A stretch of 63,001 nt of DNA, filler included, from Globobulimina sp. (taxonomy: Eukaryota), in the NCBI GenBank assembly GCA_003354225.1. It is 33 parts of 33 records of this genome, joined end to end, with 100 filler letters (N's around TTAATTAATTAA, not from the genome) between each part and the next. Parts side by side here need not be neighbours in the genome. Positions count along the whole stretch, not along the records: positions 61,191 to 63,001 come from PIVH01011667.1; 32 more parts are not named here. One strand, written 5' to 3'. The position numbers and the translations under genes were made by a program. Each line of letters opens with the position of its first letter. Within the stretch, counting starts at the first letter, position 1. Below are positions 61,191 through 63,001 of the stretch, piece after piece. The notes under the pieces were generated by a model. That model was not told where the DNA came from and searched no databases. It was given only the letters and a program-made list of their open reading frames with translations.

Positions 61191-62828
61191 GGCGGGATCC
61201 GTTATATGCAGAAGGTCCCCAACGACCGGCAAAGATTCAGCAACGTCATTGGCAAATGTGACAGTCAAATGGATAAATGGTTGGCGGAGGAGGTGGCGAG
61301 ATATGGCAGGCGGCCATATACCATCCAGTTAGATGAAGGGAGCGATGAAATGAAATACGGGATGTATTGCCCGTTGCTATCGTTTAACGGCGAGATGAAA
61401 CCGATTGGATTAGATTGCAAATTCGCGATCACATCATCAAACTCTGCATGCGCATCGACGGTGATTAATCGGTGTCGTGAGACTTTTAAATTAGGTATTT
61501 TCTTCGGCTCCGCGTGTTTATTTATGTACAGTTTGAAACTGATTTTTTTTTCAGTTTGAGACCGCATTTTAGGATATAAATATAGTTTGAAACTGAAATA
61601 ATAATTCAGTCTCAAACTGACACAATAAATCTGTTTGAAACTATGCCAATAATTCAGATTCAAACTGATAAAATAATTCAGTTTGAATCTGAATATTCGC
61701 CTTTTACAAAAGGACGGGGGGCGAAGCCCCCGTCCCTTTTGTAAAAGGCCTTTATTGCGATGCAAACTGAATTATTTTATCAGTTTGAAACTGAATTATT
61801 TGCATAGTTTCAAACTGATTTATTGTATCAGTTTGAGACTGAATTATTATTTCAGTTTCAAACTATATTTATATCCTAAAATGCGGTTTCAAACTGAAAA
61901 AAAAATCAGTTTCAAACTGTACATAAATAAACATAATATTTATAAACAGGACGAGAAGATTTCCGGTATTTTTTAAGTGATGGCGTATCTTATAATAACA
62001 AGACGTATGATGACATTATGAAATTTTACCCGGGTTTGCATCATTTATTAAGCCCGTTACATCTATTAACGAATGGAATTAATGATGGAATCGATAAGAC
62101 CCCTAAGCGGGCAATTGGTTTATTATTGGAAGTGTTGAAAGAGGGCTCGTTATTATTTAGCAAATCAATGAAGCGACGAAGAGCGGTAAAAGAATATTTG
62201 GAGGGATTGAATACATTGCACACTGATCCCATCGTTGTGCAATTATTCCAAGCATTGGCGTATGAAGAATTTTGCAATATTTATGATTTGACGCAGTCGC
62301 GAGAAGTGGTGGAGAGATTGGTATTTGGCGGTGATAGTAACGTCGATGAAAAGGATGATGATGACGATGAGGTGGCGAGTTTATATTTAGTTCGAGCGAC
62401 GTGTTTAACGACGCATCCTCCGCGTCGCATAAAAAACAAATGGAAGTCTATTATTTTTTGTGCTTATTACTGGCACAAAAATCTAAGGAATTTTAGGGCG
62501 TGGTGTCAAGCATATTTCGATGATGAGCAATTATTCAGTAAATTGGACGAGATGCAGCTATTGGAATTAGAGCTACAATTTGCATTCCTGTATCACCAAT
62601 TGGTGCCGGTGATGCATGTTATATTATTGGTGGAGAAGCGTGGCGTTGTGGGGCATTTATTATATGCGAAATTATTGGCGATTCAAAACTCGTTTAAAAA
62701 GAGACAATACGAAGAGATGGCAATGGCAGTACAAGGCGCGGTGGATGAATGGCTCCGAGAGATGGACGACTTTGCAGTTAGCTGGACATTGCAGCGTCAG
62801 AGAATATATATAATCCAGCGCTGTATAG
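61191..62828 (+). mobile_element. hAT-superfamily (CGGBP/DUF659-like) DDE transposase gene; intron 61495-61949, probable second intron from 62829
   Basis: YTIQLDEGSD (D1); spliced FKLG|REDFRYFLSDGVSY (D2) ..FYP...HLLSPLH; PPRRIKNKW.S...AYY (RW-motif region); splice keeps frame with ORF 62018. Confidence 0.82.
61515..61933. repeat. 419-bp foldback palindrome made of ~24-bp-period TCAGTTT(C/G)AAACTGA units with a central GC-rich GCGAAGC hairpin
   Basis: Arms 61515-61685 and 61763-61933 differ at 5 positions; axis at 61724, the centre of GCGAAGC 61721-61727. Confidence 0.97.
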
Positions 62829-62895
62829 GTATTGTTTTATGTTTTTGTTATGCGAAAATGCGGGATTATTTATGGTGGATTGCACCATAATTATT

Positions 62896-63000
62896 TCAGT
62901 TTGAAACTGATACAATTACTTAGTTTCAAACTGTAATAATTATTTGGTTTCAAACTATGACAATTAAAATAGTTTCAAACTGAATAATAATTCAGTTTCC
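62896..63000. repeat. Second array of the same 15-bp palindromic unit (truncated by contig end)
   Basis: Units at 62896, 62920, 62944, 62969, 62992. Confidence 0.93.
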
Positions 63001-63001
63001 G

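Noticed and set aside
61265-61976. Two similar antiparallel ORFs (61265-61765 minus, 61683-61976 plus)
   Set aside because: By-products of the palindrome, overlapping the transposase intron.
61515-63000. CRISPR- or TIGR-like repeat-spacer array (15-bp repeat, ~9-bp spacers)
   Set aside because: Spacers are short, AT-rich and similar to each other (AATAAT-like) and are mirrored across the palindrome. No cas or Nop-domain gene is present and the context is a eukaryotic intron.
1-63001. Gene-neighbourhood or operon inferences across contigs (e.g. sirtuin + ART + nucleases as a defence island)
   Set aside because: Contigs are sorted by length and unlinked.

Overview
This is not a continuous locus. 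It is 33 unrelated contigs of 1811-1814 bp, sorted by length and joined by an artificial 100-bp spacer (44 N + TTAATTAATTAA + 44 N), so synteny across spacers means nothing. The DNA is AT-rich and eukaryotic, with short GT-AG introns, SLU7, cyclin, a dynein light chain, a TBC-PX protein, SPPL and SLC26. The gene-family mix suggests a rhizarian protist, probably a foraminiferan (inference). Mobile elements include a LINE (ORF1 + APE endonuclease), a Helitron Rep, two PIF/Harbinger transposases and a hAT-type transposase. The most striking signal is that transposase genes carry long (~450 nt) foldback introns. The hAT gene intron is almost entirely a 419-bp palindrome centred on a GCGAAGC mini-hairpin and built from ~24-bp-period TCAGTTT(C/G)AAACTGA units; these units recur in a probable second intron. 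One Harbinger gene has a 446-nt intron with nested inverted repeats. Other points of interest are a degenerate NOD/qNOR-like fragment cut by another GCGAAGC hairpin, a pseudo-sirtuin, an ART-like protein, bacterial-like enzymes and two short probable bacterial chimeric fragments.
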